Assembly (NCBI GenBank): GCA_044892525.1
Contig: CM097885.1
Location: forward strand, 39,372,001 to 39,436,000
Source: Schmidtea polychroa
Lineage: Eukaryota
Direction of reading: 5' to 3'
Length of the DNA stretch: 64,000 nt
In this document: positions 13,269-27,790 of the stretch, piece after piece
Layout of the letters: each line of letters begins with the position of its first letter
Position numbering within the stretch: position 1 is the stretch's first letter
Program-made: the position numbers and the translations under genes
Notes under the pieces: generated by a model
The model's database searches: none
The model's input: only the letters and a program-made list of their open reading frames with translations
Told to the model about the DNA's origin: nothing

Positions 13269-15962
13269 ATTTTTCCTTTCTATATTTGTTTAATATTATG
13301 ATTGTTGTTTTTTCTTTAGAGTGTTTAATATATTTATTTTTCAATGTAAAATGTTTGATATATATCTTTAATATTAAATTGTATTTTTATGATAGTAGTT
13401 TGTTTGCAAAACTGATAATGAGAAAGTACATAAATCTCTATTTTATTTTTGTTATGATAGAACATTTTAAGGATACGTTTGAAATTATATTTATCAATAA
13501 AAATTAAAATTTCTAAGTTATTCTATTATTAAACAAAATTTATATTGTAATTAAAATCAATTTCATAATTTTAATAAAATAATAGACCTAGAAAATTTCG
13601 AAAGATAGGGAAATAGAATGTAAGTAATTATATTTATTACTCATTATTTAGTCAACTTTCATGTTATAGATAATAGTTGACATATGTTTAGATAATTGGT
13701 TTTTATTTTTTCATTGAAAGGTCAGATTTGGTCTATGATTACCGTATGTGTGCGTGTGTAAGTAACTGAGTGATAAGGTTACTGTTACTTGACACCCAAC
13801 AAAAAACATTTATGACGTCACTACACAGGTATGCAATATTGAGTATTATATATTTTTTACAATTAACAGTCAAACATATTAGTTTTGCAAATTGAATTCA
13901 CAAGCTAGGATTGATTGAATATTAAAAATATGTTGCAGTTGAAATCAGATTATGGTGAATATTTATAGGATGACTTTTATTATAGTATTTAATTTTATTC
14001 AAAACAATTTCTTTTTTAACGCATAGATAAAATTCAAAAAACTTTGACAAATAACTATTATGTCATTGAATTAGTTTTCATAAAATATTATTATATATGA
14101 ATATTAATAGACAATCTATGTATTATTTTATGAAAGTTAATTAATAGCAGCTTAAAAATACTCAAAGACCTTTCCTAATGTTATTGAACACCAATAAAAC
14201 ATCATTTATTCCATTTCAAAAATTAAATATTTTTACTCTTATTTGAAATAAACTCAATGGTAGTTTATTAAGTACGTGACATAGCATTTTATTTATTTCA
14301 TTATAAAGCTCTTTTCGTTTCTTGAAACCTTGATAATTTATCTTAATATGTTGGCTTAATTTAATAAATTTCGATCTATCTTGACTCTTATTATCGGTAG
14401 ATTTAACATTTGTCGACATCAAAATAAAGTCAAAAGAATCAAGAATCATTGAATTAAGAGAAATCTTTTTATATTTTCTTTATATGATATTATTTTATTT
14501 GAATAAAGGAAATGCTTATAAGCTAAAATCATATTAGATCATGATTCAATTTGTCCAAATTGCCAAATTGCGACCAACTAACGACTTATTGGACAGATAA
14601 TTATATGATGATGAAATGTTGTCAAACTACTTCTGTATTTGATGATTTTGTAATATTTAGGTCTCACTATTTGAGAATCTCAACTCTACTGGTTTTTATA
14701 TAAATATAAATAAAGAACACAGGTCTTTATATAAATGTTTATTTAAAATTTCAAAAATTACCAAATGAGAAATCGAAATTTGCAAAAATGATCTTCTAAA
14801 ATTGTAACTTTCACTGGATAATTACTAATTTATTTTCACTGCAAAATGCTAGCTAATTGTGTGGTTTTTTTATGTTGTGAAGTGCTTGTTGTGTTAATTT
14901 TAAATCAATTAAATAAGGCTTCTGTAGAGAGTTTTTGTCTGGTCTGTGTTTAAATATTTACGAAGCATTAAACTTTGAAAACTCTTCTTGGAGCAAATAT
15001 TTGGCGAATTAAATGATTTTCTTCGCGCCTATTTATATCAACATTTTTCAATAAAAATAAAATATGATTATTTCCTGCTTATACGCACTGAATAGTAATA
15101 TTAAATATTATATCTACATATTTTGTTCTTTATAGATTGCGTGCTATAATAAAGATATGTTTTTCTTAAATTATAATTATAATATAACATTAATTTTTTG
15201 AAATATAATAAATTTAATAGTAATTTTTCCTTGCGTTAAAATAAGTTAATTATAACGTAGAATAAAGATTATTGTACAGATAATTAGCATAACCTGATTA
15301 AATATAAAATAGTCAATTATATACAATATAGTCTCTACAAGATAGATTGGATTTGTTTGTCTTCTTTCTTATTAGACTTATTGCCTCGCTTCTGCATATA
15401 CGTTGACTTTTTAACCTTTAGACTCTGTCTTATTATTATTTGTTAGGGACGAATGTGGTGATGTGCCTACTATCATCATCCAGCAATATAATCAGTACAA
15501 AGTTTTCACACTCCTACTCCGGCATTCATCTGTTTCATATATTTAAAGACTATTTCTCGCCTGATATCAGGACAGTACATGCCAAAATCTGTTAATGATT
15601 GAAGGAACTGTTTTAACTCGTATTGTGACTTCCTTACCCAAAAGTAAAATCAGGCGAAACAGGAAGAAAGTGAATGAGCTTGTAAATCTGCATTTGAATG
15701 TAAAATAAAATTGAAATAGTTAACTTATCAAGCATCATTGGGGCTTTATAAATGTTTAAGATCCATAAAATCATCTGCAAGTGGTATATTTCTTTGAGTA
15801 AGAATATTTGAAAGTGAAAGTCGAATCAGCAAATGTAAAATTTATTAAATATATATAAACCAATAAAATTAATTAAAATTCCAATAAATTTCAAAAGATT
15901 CGCTATGAATGTATCCATATATTAAATAAACCAACTCCTATAAAACTAACAATATAATACAA

Positions 15963-16898
15963 ATGGTTAAAAAAGTTTGGAAAAGCGTTAATGTCGATTT
16001 TACGATAAAAAGCAACAATAACATAATTGAGAATTCGGAAATTAGCGAAAATAATACAACGATTACTGCTGAATTGAGAAAAGCTTTGCCAACAACAACA
16101 CATGCCAATCGTCAACTTGAAGAAGTTAATAAACTACCAATCGATGGTCCATTTTATTTGGCATTTTCTAATCTGAATTTTGATGTTGATGAAGAGTGCA
16201 TTAGAAATCTGTTTAAAGGTTTAGATTTGGTGGATATTTATTTCAATCCGAGAAAGCGAGGAACTGGCAATATAGAATTCAGAAGTTTGGACAATTTGAA
16301 ATCGGCGTTGGAATTTAATGGACAAGTTTTCGTCGGTAGAGCAATTAATTTGACATTAATCACGGACATAGACAAAGAAAAGAAATTTAACACATTTCTA
16401 GATAAGAATGGTTGTTTTCACAAAGATGAAAAGAAATCTAAAGCAGATGAATCTGAAAATTGGAGAAGTAAGAAAGTTGTTGAAAGGAAAGAAACAAAAC
16501 CAAGTGATAGCGATAATTGGAGAGTAAAGAAAAATGTTGAAATGAAAGAAACCAAGCCAAGTAATAGTAATAATTGGAGAGTAAAGAAAACTATTGAAAT
16601 GAAAGAAACTAAGCCAAGTGATAGCGATAATTGGAGAGTAAAGACAAATGTTGAAATGAAAGTATTCAAACCGAGATATAACAATAATTGGAGAGAAAAG
16701 AAAAGTGTTGAAATGAAAGAAACAAAACCTAGTGATAGTGATAATTGGAGAATAAAGAAAGATGTTAAAGTAACAGAATCAAAAGACTGTAGCAGTGGAA
16801 CACAGAGAATTACAAATATGCGTGATACCAAAACAGAAAATCTTCGAGAAAACAAAACAGCCGAAAAAGAAAATTCTTGGAGATTAGTTAAAAAATAA
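15963..16898 (+). CDS. eIF4B-like RRM protein, copy 5
   Basis: Near-identical 311-aa ORF. Confidence 0.85.
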   Translation: MVKKVWKSVNVDFTIKSNNNIIENSEISENNTTITAELRKALPTTTHANRQLEEVNKLPIDGPFYLAFSNLNFDVDEECIRNLFKGLDLVDIYFNPRKRGTGNIEFRSLDNLKSALEFNGQVFVGRAINLTLITDIDKEKKFNTFLDKNGCFHKDEKKSKADESENWRSKKVVERKETKPSDSDNWRVKKNVEMKETKPSNSNNWRVKKTIEMKETKPSDSDNWRVKTNVEMKVFKPRYNNNWREKKSVEMKETKPSDSDNWRIKKDVKVTESKDCSSGTQRITNMRDTKTENLRENKTAEKENSWRLVKK

Positions 16899-19593
16899 AT
16901 TTTTCCTTTCTATATTTGTTTAATATTATGATTGTTGTTTTTTCTTTAGAGTGTTTAATATATTTATTTTTCAATGTAAAATGTTTGATATATATCTTTA
17001 ATATTAAATTGTATTTTTATGATAGTAGTTTGTTTGCAAAACTGATAATGAGAAAGTACATAAATCTCTATTTTATTTTTGTTATGATAGAACATTTTAA
17101 GGATACGTTTGAAATTATATTTATCAATAAAAATTAAAATTTCTAAGTTATTCTATTATTAAACAAAATTTATATTGTAATTAAAATCAATTTCATAATT
17201 TTAATAAAATAATAGACCTAGAAAATTTCGAAAGATAGGGAAATAGAATGTAAGTAATTATATTTATTACTCATTATTTAGTCAACTTTCATGTTATAGA
17301 TAATAGTTGACATATGTTTAGATAATTGATTTTTATTTTTTTCATTGAAAGGTCAGATTTGGTCTATGATTACCGTATGTGTGCGTGTGTAAGTAACTGA
17401 GTGATAAGGTTACTGTTACTTGACACCCAACAAAAAACATTTATGACGTCACTACACAGGTATGCAATATTGAGTATTATATATTTTTTACAATTAACAG
17501 TCAAACATATTAGTTTTGCAAATTGAATTCACAAGCTAGGATTGATTGAATATTAAAAATATGTTGCAGTTGAAATCAGATTATGGTGAATATTTATAGG
17601 ATGACTTTTATTATAGTATTTAATTTTATTCAAAACAATTTCTATTTTAACGCATAGATAAAATTCAAAAAACTTTGACAAATAACTATTATGTCATTGA
17701 ATTAGTTTTCATAAAATATTATTATATATGAATATTAATAGACAATCTATGTATTATTTTATGAAAGTTAATTAATAGCAGCTTAAAAATACTCAAAGAC
17801 CTTTCCTAATGTTATTGAACACCAATAAAACATCATTTATTCCATTTCAAAAATTAAATATTTTTACTCTTATTTGAAATAAACTCAATGGTAGTTTATT
17901 AAGTACGTGACATAGCATTTTATTTATTTCATTATAAAGCTCTTTTCGTTTCTTGAAACCTTGATAATTTATCTTAATATGTTGGCTTAATTTAATAAAT
18001 TTCGATCTATCTTGACTCTTATTATCGGTAGATTTAACATTTGTCGACATCAAAATAAAGTCAAAAGAATCAAGAATCATTGAATTAAGAGAAATCTTTT
18101 TATATTTTCTTTATATGATATTATTTTATTTGAATAAAGGAAATGCTTATAAGCTAAAATCATATTAGATCATGATTCAATTTGTCCAAATTGCCAAATT
18201 GCGACCAACTAACGACTTATTGGACAGATAATTATATGATGATGAAATGTTGTCAAACTACTTCTGTATTTGATGATTTTGTAATATTTAGGTCTCACTA
18301 TTTGAGAATCTCAACTCTACTGGTTTTTATATAAATATAAATAAAGAACACAGGTCTTTATATAAATGTTTATTTAAAATTTCAAAAATTACCAAATGAG
18401 AAATCGAAATTTGCAAAAATGATCTTCTAAAATTGTAACTTTCACTGGATAATTACTAATTTATTTTCACTGCAAAATGCTAGCTAATTGTGTGGTTTTT
18501 TTATGTTGTGAAGTGCTTGTTGTGTTAATTTTAAATCAATTAAATAAGGCTTCTGTAGAGAGTTTTTGTCTGGTCTGTGTTTAAATATTTACGAAGCATT
18601 AAACTTTGAAAACTCTTCTTGGAGCAAATATTTGGCGAATTAAATGATTCTCTTCGCGCCTATTTATATCAACATTTTTCAATAAAAATAAAATATGATT
18701 ATTTCCTGCTTATACGCACTGAATAGTAATATTAAATATTATATCTACATATTTTGTTCTTTATAGATTGCGTGCTATAATAAAGATATGTTTTTCTTAA
18801 ATTATAATTATAATATAACATTAATTTTTTGAAATATAATAAATTTAATAGTAATTTTTCCTTGCGTTAAAATAAGTTAATTATAACGTAGAATAAAGAT
18901 TATTGTACAGATAATTAGCATAACCTGATTAAATATAAAATAGTCAATTATATACAATATAGTCTCTACAAGATAGATTGGATTTGTTTGTCTTCTTTCT
19001 TATTAGACTTATTGCCTCGCTTCTGCATATACGTTGACTTTTTAACCTTTAGACTCTGTCTTATTATTATTTGTTAGGGACGAATGTGGTGATGTGCCTA
19101 CTATCATCATCCAGCAATATAATCAGTACAAAGTTTTCACACTCCTACTCCGGCATTCATCTGTTTCATATATTTAAAGACTATTTCTCGCCTGATATCA
19201 GGACAGTACATGCCAAAATCTGTTAATGATTGAAGGAACTGTTTTAACTCGTATTGTGACTTCCTTACCCAAAAGTAAAATCAGGCGAAACAGGAAGAAA
19301 GTGAATGAGCTTGTAAATCTGCATTTGAATGTAAAATAAAATTGAAATAGTTAACTTATCAAGCATCATTGGGGCTTTATAAATGTTTAAGATCCATAAA
19401 ATCATCTGCAAGTGGTATATTTCTTTGAGTAAGAATATTTGAAAGTGAAAGTCGAATCAGCAAATGTAAAATTTATTAAATATATATAAACCAATAAAAT
19501 TAATTAAAATTCCAATAAATTTCAAAAGATTCGCTATGAATGTATCCATATATTAAATAAACCAACTCCTATAAAACTAACAATATAATACAA

Positions 19594-20529
19594 ATGGTTA
19601 AAAAAGTTTGGAAAAGCGTTAATGTCGATTTTACGATAAAAAGCAACAATAACATAATTGAGAATTCGGAAATTAGCGAAAATAATACAACGATTACTGC
19701 TGAATTGAGAAAAGCTTTGCCAACAACAACACATGCCAATCGTCAACTTGAAGAAGTTAATAAACTACCAATCGATGGTCCATTTTATTTGGCATTTTCT
19801 AATCTGAATTTTGATGTTGATGAAGAGTGCATTAGAAATCTGTTTAAAGGTTTAGATTTGGTGGATATTTATTTCAATCCGAGAAAGCGAGGAACTGGCA
19901 ATATAGAATTCAGAAGTTTGGACAATTTGAAATCGGCGTTGGAATTTAATGGACAAGTTTTCGTCGGTAGAGCAATTAATTTGACATTAATCACGGACAT
20001 AGACAAAGAAAAGAAATTTAACACATTTCTAGATAAGAATGGTTGTTTTCACAAAGATGAAAAGAAATCTAAAGCAGATGAATCTGAAAATTGGAGAAGT
20101 AAGAAAGTTGTTGAAAGGAAAGAAACAAAACCAAGTGATAGCGATAATTGGAGAGTAAAGAAAAATGTTGAAATGAAAGAAACCAAGCCAAATAATAGTA
20201 ATAATTGGAGAGTAAAGAAAACTATTGAAATGAAAGAAACTAAGCCAAGTGATAGCGATAATTGGAGAGTAAAGACAAATGTTGAAATGAAAGTATTCAA
20301 ACCGAGATATAACAATAATTGGAGAGAAAAGAAAAGTGTTGAAATGAAAGAAACAAAACCTAGTGATAGTGATAATTGGAGAATAAAGAAAGATGTTAAA
20401 GTAACAGAATCAAAAGACTGTAGCAGTGGAACACAGAGAATTACAAATATGCGTGATACCAAAACAGAAAATCTTCGAGAAAACAAAACAGCCGAAAAAG
20501 AAAATTCTTGGAGATTAGTTAAAAAATAA
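19594..20529 (+). CDS. eIF4B-like RRM protein, copy 6
   Basis: Near-identical 311-aa ORF (same protein variant as copy 2). Confidence 0.85.
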   Translation: MVKKVWKSVNVDFTIKSNNNIIENSEISENNTTITAELRKALPTTTHANRQLEEVNKLPIDGPFYLAFSNLNFDVDEECIRNLFKGLDLVDIYFNPRKRGTGNIEFRSLDNLKSALEFNGQVFVGRAINLTLITDIDKEKKFNTFLDKNGCFHKDEKKSKADESENWRSKKVVERKETKPSDSDNWRVKKNVEMKETKPNNSNNWRVKKTIEMKETKPSDSDNWRVKTNVEMKVFKPRYNNNWREKKSVEMKETKPSDSDNWRIKKDVKVTESKDCSSGTQRITNMRDTKTENLRENKTAEKENSWRLVKK

Positions 20530-23224
20530 ATTTTTCCTTTCTATATTTGTTTAATATTATGATTGTTGTTTTTTCTTTAGAGTGTTTAATATATTTATTT
20601 TTCAATGTAAAATGTTTGATATATATCTTTAATATTAAATTGTATTTTTATGATAGTAGTTTGTTTGCAAAACTGATAATGAGAAAGTACATAAATCTCT
20701 ATTTTATTTTTGTTATGATAGAACATTTTAAGGATACGTTTGAAATTATATTTATCAATAAAAATTAAAATTTCTAAGTTATTCTATTATTAAACAAAAT
20801 TTATATTGTAATTAAAATCAATTTCATAATTTTAATAAAATAATAGACCTAGAAAATTTCGAAAGATAGGGAAATAGAATGTAAGTAATTATATTTATTA
20901 CTCATTATTTAGTCAACTTTCATGTTATAGATAATAGTTGACATATGTTTAGATAATTGATTTTTATTTTTTTCATTGAAAGGTCAGATTTGGTCTATGA
21001 TTACCGTATGTGTGCGTGTGTAAGTAACTGAGTGATAAGGTTACTGTTACTTGACACCCAACAAAAAACATTTATGACGTCACTACACAGGTATGCAATA
21101 TTGAGTATTATATATTTTTTACAATTAACAGTCAAACATATTAGTTTTGCAAATTGAATTCACAAGCTAGGATTGATTGAATATTAAAAATATGTTGCAG
21201 TTGAAATCAGATTATGGTGAATATTTATAGGATGACTTTTATTATAGTATTTAATTTTATTCAAAACAATTTCTATTTTAACGCATAGATAAAATTCAAA
21301 AAACTTTGACAAATAACTATTATGTCATTGAATTAGTTTTCATAAAATATTATTATATATGAATATTAATAGACAATCTATGTATTATTTTATGAAAGTT
21401 AATTAATAGCAGCTTAAAAATACTCAAAGACCTTTCCTAATGTTATTGAACACCAATAAAACATCATTTATTCCATTTCAAAAATTAAATATTTTTACTC
21501 TTATTTGAAATAAACTCAATGGTAGTTTATTAAGTACGTGACATAGCATTTTATTTATTTCATTATAAAGCTCTTTTCGTTTCTTGAAACCTTGATAATT
21601 TATCTTAATATGTTGGCTTAATTTAATAAATTTCGATCTATCTTGACTCTTATTATCGGTAGATTTAACATTTGTCGACATCAAAATAAAGTCAAAAGAA
21701 TCAAGAATCATTGAATTAAGAGAAATCTTTTTATATTTTCTTTATATGATATTATTTTATTTGAATAAAGGAAATGCTTATAAGCTAAAATCATATTAGA
21801 TCATGATTCAATTTGTCCAAATTGCCAAATTGCGACCAACTAACGACTTATTGGACAGATAATTATATGATGATGAAATGTTGTCAAACTACTTCTGTAT
21901 TTGATGATTTTGTAATATTTAGGTCTCACTATTTGAGAATCTCAACTCTACTGGTTTTTATATAAATATAAATAAAGAACACAGGTCTTTATATAAATGT
22001 TTATTTAAAATTTCAAAAATTACCAAATGAGAAATCGAAATTTGCAAAAATGATCTTCTAAAATTGTAACTTTCACTGGATAATTACTAATTTATTTTCA
22101 CTGCAAAATGCTAGCTAATTGTGTGGTTTTTTTATGTTGTGAAGTGCTTGTTGTGTTAATTTTAAATCAATTAAATAAGGCTTCTGTAGAGAGTTTTTGT
22201 CTGGTCTGTGTTTAAATATTTACGAAGCATTAAACTTTGAAAACTCTTCTTGGAGCAAATATTTGGCGAATTAAATGATTTTCTTCGCGCCTATTTATAT
22301 CAACATTTTTCAATAAAAATAAAATATGATTATTTCCTGCTTATACGCACTGAATAGTAATATTAAATATTATATCTACATATTTTGTTCTTTATAGATT
22401 GCGTGCTATAATAAAGATATGTTTTTCTTAAATTATAATTATAATATAACATTAATTTTTTGAAATATAATAAATTTAATAGTAATTTTTCCTTGCGTTA
22501 AAATAAGTTAATTATAACGTAGAATAAAGATTATTGTACAGATAATTAGCATAACCTGATTAAATATAAAATAGTCAATTATATACAATATAGTCTCTAC
22601 AAGATAGATTGGATTTGTTTGTCTTCTTTCTTATTAGACTTATTGCCTCGCTTCTGCATATACGTTGACTTTTTAACCTTTAGACTCTGTCTTATTATTA
22701 TTTGTTAGGGACGAATGTGGTGATGTGCCTACTATCATCATCCAGCAATATAATCAGTACAAAGTTTTCACACTCCTACTCCGGCATTCATCTGTTTCAT
22801 ATATTTAAAGACTATTTCTCGCCTGATATCAGGACAGTACATGCCAAAATCTGTTAATGATTGAAGGAACTGTTTTAACTCGTATTGTGACTTCCTTACC
22901 CAAAAGTAAAATCAGGCGAAACAGGAAGAAAGTGAATGAGCTGGTAAATCTGCATTTGAATGTAAAATAAAATTGAAATAGTTAACTTATCAAGCATCAT
23001 TGGGGCTTTATAAATGTTTAAGATCCATAAAATCATCTGCAAGTGGTATATTTCTTTGAGTAAGAATATTTGAAAGTGAAAGTCGAATCAGCAAATGTAA
23101 AATTTATTAAATATATATAAACCAATAAAATTAATTAAAATTCCAATAAATTTCAAAAGATTCGCTATGAATGTATCCATATATTAAATAAACCAACTCC
23201 TATAAAACTAACAATATAATACAA

Positions 23225-24160
23225 ATGGTTAAAAAAGTTTGGAAAAGCGTTAATGTCGATTTTACGATAAAAAGCAACAATAACATAATTGAGAATTCGG
23301 AAATTAGCGAAAATAATACAACGATTACTGCTGAATTGAGAAAAGCTTTGCCAACAACAACACATGCCAATCGTCAACTTGAAGAAGTTAATAAACTACC
23401 AATCGATGGTCCATTTTATTTGGCATTTTCTAATCTGAATTTTGATGTTGATGAAGAGTGCATTAGAAATCTGTTTAAAGGTTTAGATTTGGTGGATATT
23501 TATTTCAATCCGAGAAAGCGAGGAACTGGCAATATAGAATTCAGAAGTTTGGACAATTTGAAATCGGCGTTGGAATTTAATGGACAAGTTTTCGTCGGTA
23601 GAGCAATTAATTTGACATTAATCACGGACATAGACAAAGAAAAGAAATTTAACACATTTCTAGATAAGAATGGTTGTTTTCACAAAGATGAAAAGAAATC
23701 TAAAGCAGATGAATCTGAAAATTGGAGAAGTAAGAAAGTTGTTGAAAGGAAAGAAACAAAACCAAGTGATAGCGATAATTGGAGAGTAAAGAAAAATGTT
23801 GAAATGAAAGAAACCAAGCCAAGTAATAGTAATAATTGGAGAGTAAAGAAAACTATTGAAATGAAAGAAACTAAGCCAAGTGATAGCGATAATTGGAGAG
23901 TAAAGACAAATGTTGAAATGAAAGTATTCAAACCGAGATATAACAATAATTGGAGAGAAAAGAAAAGTGTTGAAATGAAAGAAACAAAACCTAGTGATAG
24001 TGATAATTGGAGAATAAAGAAAGATGTTAAAGTAACAGAATCAAAAGACTGTAGCAGTGGAACACAGAGAATTACAAATATGCGTGATACCAAAACAGAA
24101 AATCTTCGAAAAAACAAAACAGCCGAAAAAGAAAATTCTTGGAGATTAGTTAAAAAATAA
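23225..24160 (+). CDS. eIF4B-like RRM protein, copy 7
   Basis: Near-identical 311-aa ORF. Confidence 0.85.
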   Translation: MVKKVWKSVNVDFTIKSNNNIIENSEISENNTTITAELRKALPTTTHANRQLEEVNKLPIDGPFYLAFSNLNFDVDEECIRNLFKGLDLVDIYFNPRKRGTGNIEFRSLDNLKSALEFNGQVFVGRAINLTLITDIDKEKKFNTFLDKNGCFHKDEKKSKADESENWRSKKVVERKETKPSDSDNWRVKKNVEMKETKPSNSNNWRVKKTIEMKETKPSDSDNWRVKTNVEMKVFKPRYNNNWREKKSVEMKETKPSDSDNWRIKKDVKVTESKDCSSGTQRITNMRDTKTENLRKNKTAEKENSWRLVKK

Positions 24161-26854
24161 ATTTTTCCTTTCTATATTTGTTTAATATTATGATTGTTGT
24201 TTTTTCTTTAGAGTGTTTAATATATTTATTTTTCAATGTAAAATGTTTGATATATATCTTTAATATTAAATTGTATTTTTATGATAGTAGTTTGTTTGCA
24301 AAACTGATAATGAGAAAGTACATAAATCTCTATTTTATTTTTGTTATGATAGAACATTTTAAGGATACGTTTGAAATTATATTTATCAATAAAAATTAAA
24401 ATTTCTAAGTTATTCTATTATTAAACAAAATTTATATTGTAATTAAAATCAATTTCATAATTTTAATAAAATAATAGACCTAGAAAATTTCGAAAGATAG
24501 GGAAATAGAATGTAAGTAATTATATTTATTACTCATTATTTAGTCAACTTTCATGTTATAGATAATAGTTGACATATGTTTAGATAATTGGTTTTTATTT
24601 TTTCATTGAAAGGTCAGATTTGGTCTATGATTACCGTATGTGTGCGTGTGTAAGTAACTGAGTGATAAGGTTACTGTTACTTGACACCCAACAAAAAACA
24701 TTTATGACGTCACTACACAGGTATGCAATATTGAGTATTATATATTTTTTACAATTAACAGTCAAACATATTAGTTTTGCAAATTGAATTCACAAGCTAG
24801 GATTGATTGAATATTAAAAATATGTTGCAGTTGAAATCAGATTATGGTGAATATTTATAGGATGACTTTTATTATAGTATTTAATTTTATTCAAAACAAT
24901 TTCTTTTTTAACGCATAGATAAAATTCAAAAAACTTTGACAAATAACTATTATGTCATTGAATTAGTTTTCATAAAATATTATTATATATGAATATTAAT
25001 AGACAATCTATGTATTATTTTATGAAAGTTAATTAATAGCAGCTTAAAAATACTCAAAGACCTTTCCTAATGTTATTGAACACCAATAAAACATCATTTA
25101 TTCCATTTCAAAAATTAAATATTTTTACTCTTATTTGAAATAAACTCAATGGTAGTTTATTAAGTACGTGACATAGCATTTTATTTATTTCATTATAAAG
25201 CTCTTTTCGTTTCTTGAAACCTTGATAATTTATCTTAATATGTTGGCTTAATTTAATAAATTTCGATCTATCTTGACTCTTATTATCGGTAGATTTAACA
25301 TTTGTCGACATCAAAATAAAGTCAAAAGAATCAAGAATCATTGAATTAAGAGAAATCTTTTTATATTTTCTTTATATGATATTATTTTATTTGAATAAAG
25401 GAAATGCTTATAAGCTAAAATGATATTAGATCATGATTCAATTTGTCCAAATTGCCAAATTGCGACCAACTAACGACTTATTGGACAGATAATTATATGA
25501 TGATGAAATGTTGTCAAACTACTTCTGTATTTGATGATTTTGTAATATTTAGGTCTCACTATTTGAGAATCTCAACTCTACTGGTTTTTATATAAATATA
25601 AATAAAGAACACAGGTCTTTATATAAATGTTTATTTAAAATTTCAAAAATTACCAAATGAGAAATCGAAATTTGCAAAAATGATCTTCTAAAATTGTAAC
25701 TTTCACTGGATAATTACTAATTTATTTTCACTGCAAAATGCTAGCTAATTGTGTGGTTTTTTTATGTTGTGAAGTGCTTGTTGTGTTAATTTTAAATCAA
25801 TTAAATAAGGCTTCTGTAGAGAGTTTTTGTCTGGTCTGTGTTTAAATATTTACGAAGCATTAAACTTTGAAAACTCTTCTTGGAGCAAATATTTGGCGAA
25901 TTAAATGATTTTCTTCGCGCCTATTTATATCAACATTTTTCAATAAAAATAAAATATGATTATTTCCTGCTTATACGCACTGAATAGTAATATTAAATAT
26001 TATATCTACATATTTTGTTCTTTATAGATTGCGTGCTATAATAAAGATATGTTTTTCTTAAATTATAATTATAATATAACATTAATTTTTTGAAATATAA
26101 TAAATTTAATAGTAATTTTTCCTTGCGTTAAAATAAGTTAATTATAACGTAGAATAAAGATTATTGTACAGATAATTAGCATAACCTGATTAAATATAAA
26201 ATAGTCAATTATATACAATATAGTCTCTACAAGATAGATTGGATTTGTTTGTCTTCTTTCTTATTAGACTTATTGCCTCGCTTCTGCATATACGTTGACT
26301 TTTTAACCTTTAGACTCTGTCTTATTATTATTTGTTAGGGACGAATGTGGTGATGTGCCTACTATCATCATCCAGCAATATAATCAGTACAAAGTTTTCA
26401 CACTCCTACTCCGGCATTCATCTGTTTCATATATTTAAAGACTATTTCTCGCCTGATATCAGGACAGTACATGCCAAAATCTGTTAATGATTGAAGGAAC
26501 TGTTTTAACTCGTATTGTGACTTCCTTACCCAAAAGTAAAATCAGGCGAAACAGGAAGAAAGTGAATGAGCTTGTAAATCTGCATTTGAATGTAAAATAA
26601 AATTGAAATAGTTAACTTATCAAGCATCATTGGGGCTTTATAAATGTTTAAGATCCATAAAATCATCTGCAAGTGGTATATTTCTTTGAGTAAGAATATT
26701 TGAAAGTGAAAGTCGAATCAGCAAATGTAAAATTTATTAAATATATATAAACCAATAAAATTAATTAAAATTCCAATAAATTTCAAAAGATTCGCTATGA
26801 ATGTATCCATATATTAAATAAACCAACTCCTATAAAACTAACAATATAATACAA

Positions 26855-27790
26855 ATGGTTAAAAAAGTTTGGAAAAGCGTTAATGTCGATTTTACGATAA
26901 AAAGCAACAATAACATAATTGAGAATTCGGAAATTAGCGAAAATAATACAACGATTACTGCTGAATTGAGAAAAGCTTTGCCAACAACAACACATGCCAA
27001 TCGTCAACTTGAAGAAGTTAATAAACTACCAATCGATGGTCCATTTTATTTGGCATTTTCTAATCTGAATTTTGATGTTGATGAAGAGTGCATTAGAAAT
27101 CTGTTTAAAGGTTTAGATTTGGTGGATATTTATTTCAATCCGAGAAAGCGAGGAACTGGCAATATAGAATTCAGAAGTTTGGACAATTTGAAATCGGCGT
27201 TGGAATTTAATGGACAAGTTTTCGTCGGTAGAGCAATTAATTTGACATTAATCACGGACATAGACAAAGAAAAGAAATTTAACACATTTCTAGATAAGAA
27301 TGGTTGTTTTCACAAAGATGAAAAGAAATCTAAAGCAGATGAATCTGAAAATTGGAGAAGTAAGAAAGTTGTTGAAAGGAAAGAAACAAAACCAAGTGAT
27401 AGCGATAATTGGAGAGTAAAGAAAAATGTTGAAATGAAAGAAACCAAGCCAAGTAATAGTAATAATTGGAGAGTAAAGAAAACTATTGAAATGAAAGAAA
27501 CTAAGCCAAGTGATAGCGATAATTGGAGAGTAAAGACAAATGTTGAAATGAAAGTATTCAAACCGAGATATAACAATAATTGGAGAGAAAAGAAAAGTGT
27601 TGAAATGAAAGAAACAAAACCTAGTGATAGTGATAATTGGAGAATAAAGAAAGATGTTAAAGTAACAGAATCAAAAGACTGTAGCAGTGGAACACAGAGA
27701 ATTACAAATATGCGTGATACCAAAACAGAAAATCTTCGAGAAAACAAAACAGCCGAAAAAGAAAATTCTTGGAGATTAGTTAAAAAATAA
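26855..27790 (+). CDS. eIF4B-like RRM protein, copy 8
   Basis: Near-identical 311-aa ORF. Confidence 0.85.
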   Translation: MVKKVWKSVNVDFTIKSNNNIIENSEISENNTTITAELRKALPTTTHANRQLEEVNKLPIDGPFYLAFSNLNFDVDEECIRNLFKGLDLVDIYFNPRKRGTGNIEFRSLDNLKSALEFNGQVFVGRAINLTLITDIDKEKKFNTFLDKNGCFHKDEKKSKADESENWRSKKVVERKETKPSDSDNWRVKKNVEMKETKPSNSNNWRVKKTIEMKETKPSDSDNWRVKTNVEMKVFKPRYNNNWREKKSVEMKETKPSDSDNWRIKKDVKVTESKDCSSGTQRITNMRDTKTENLRENKTAEKENSWRLVKK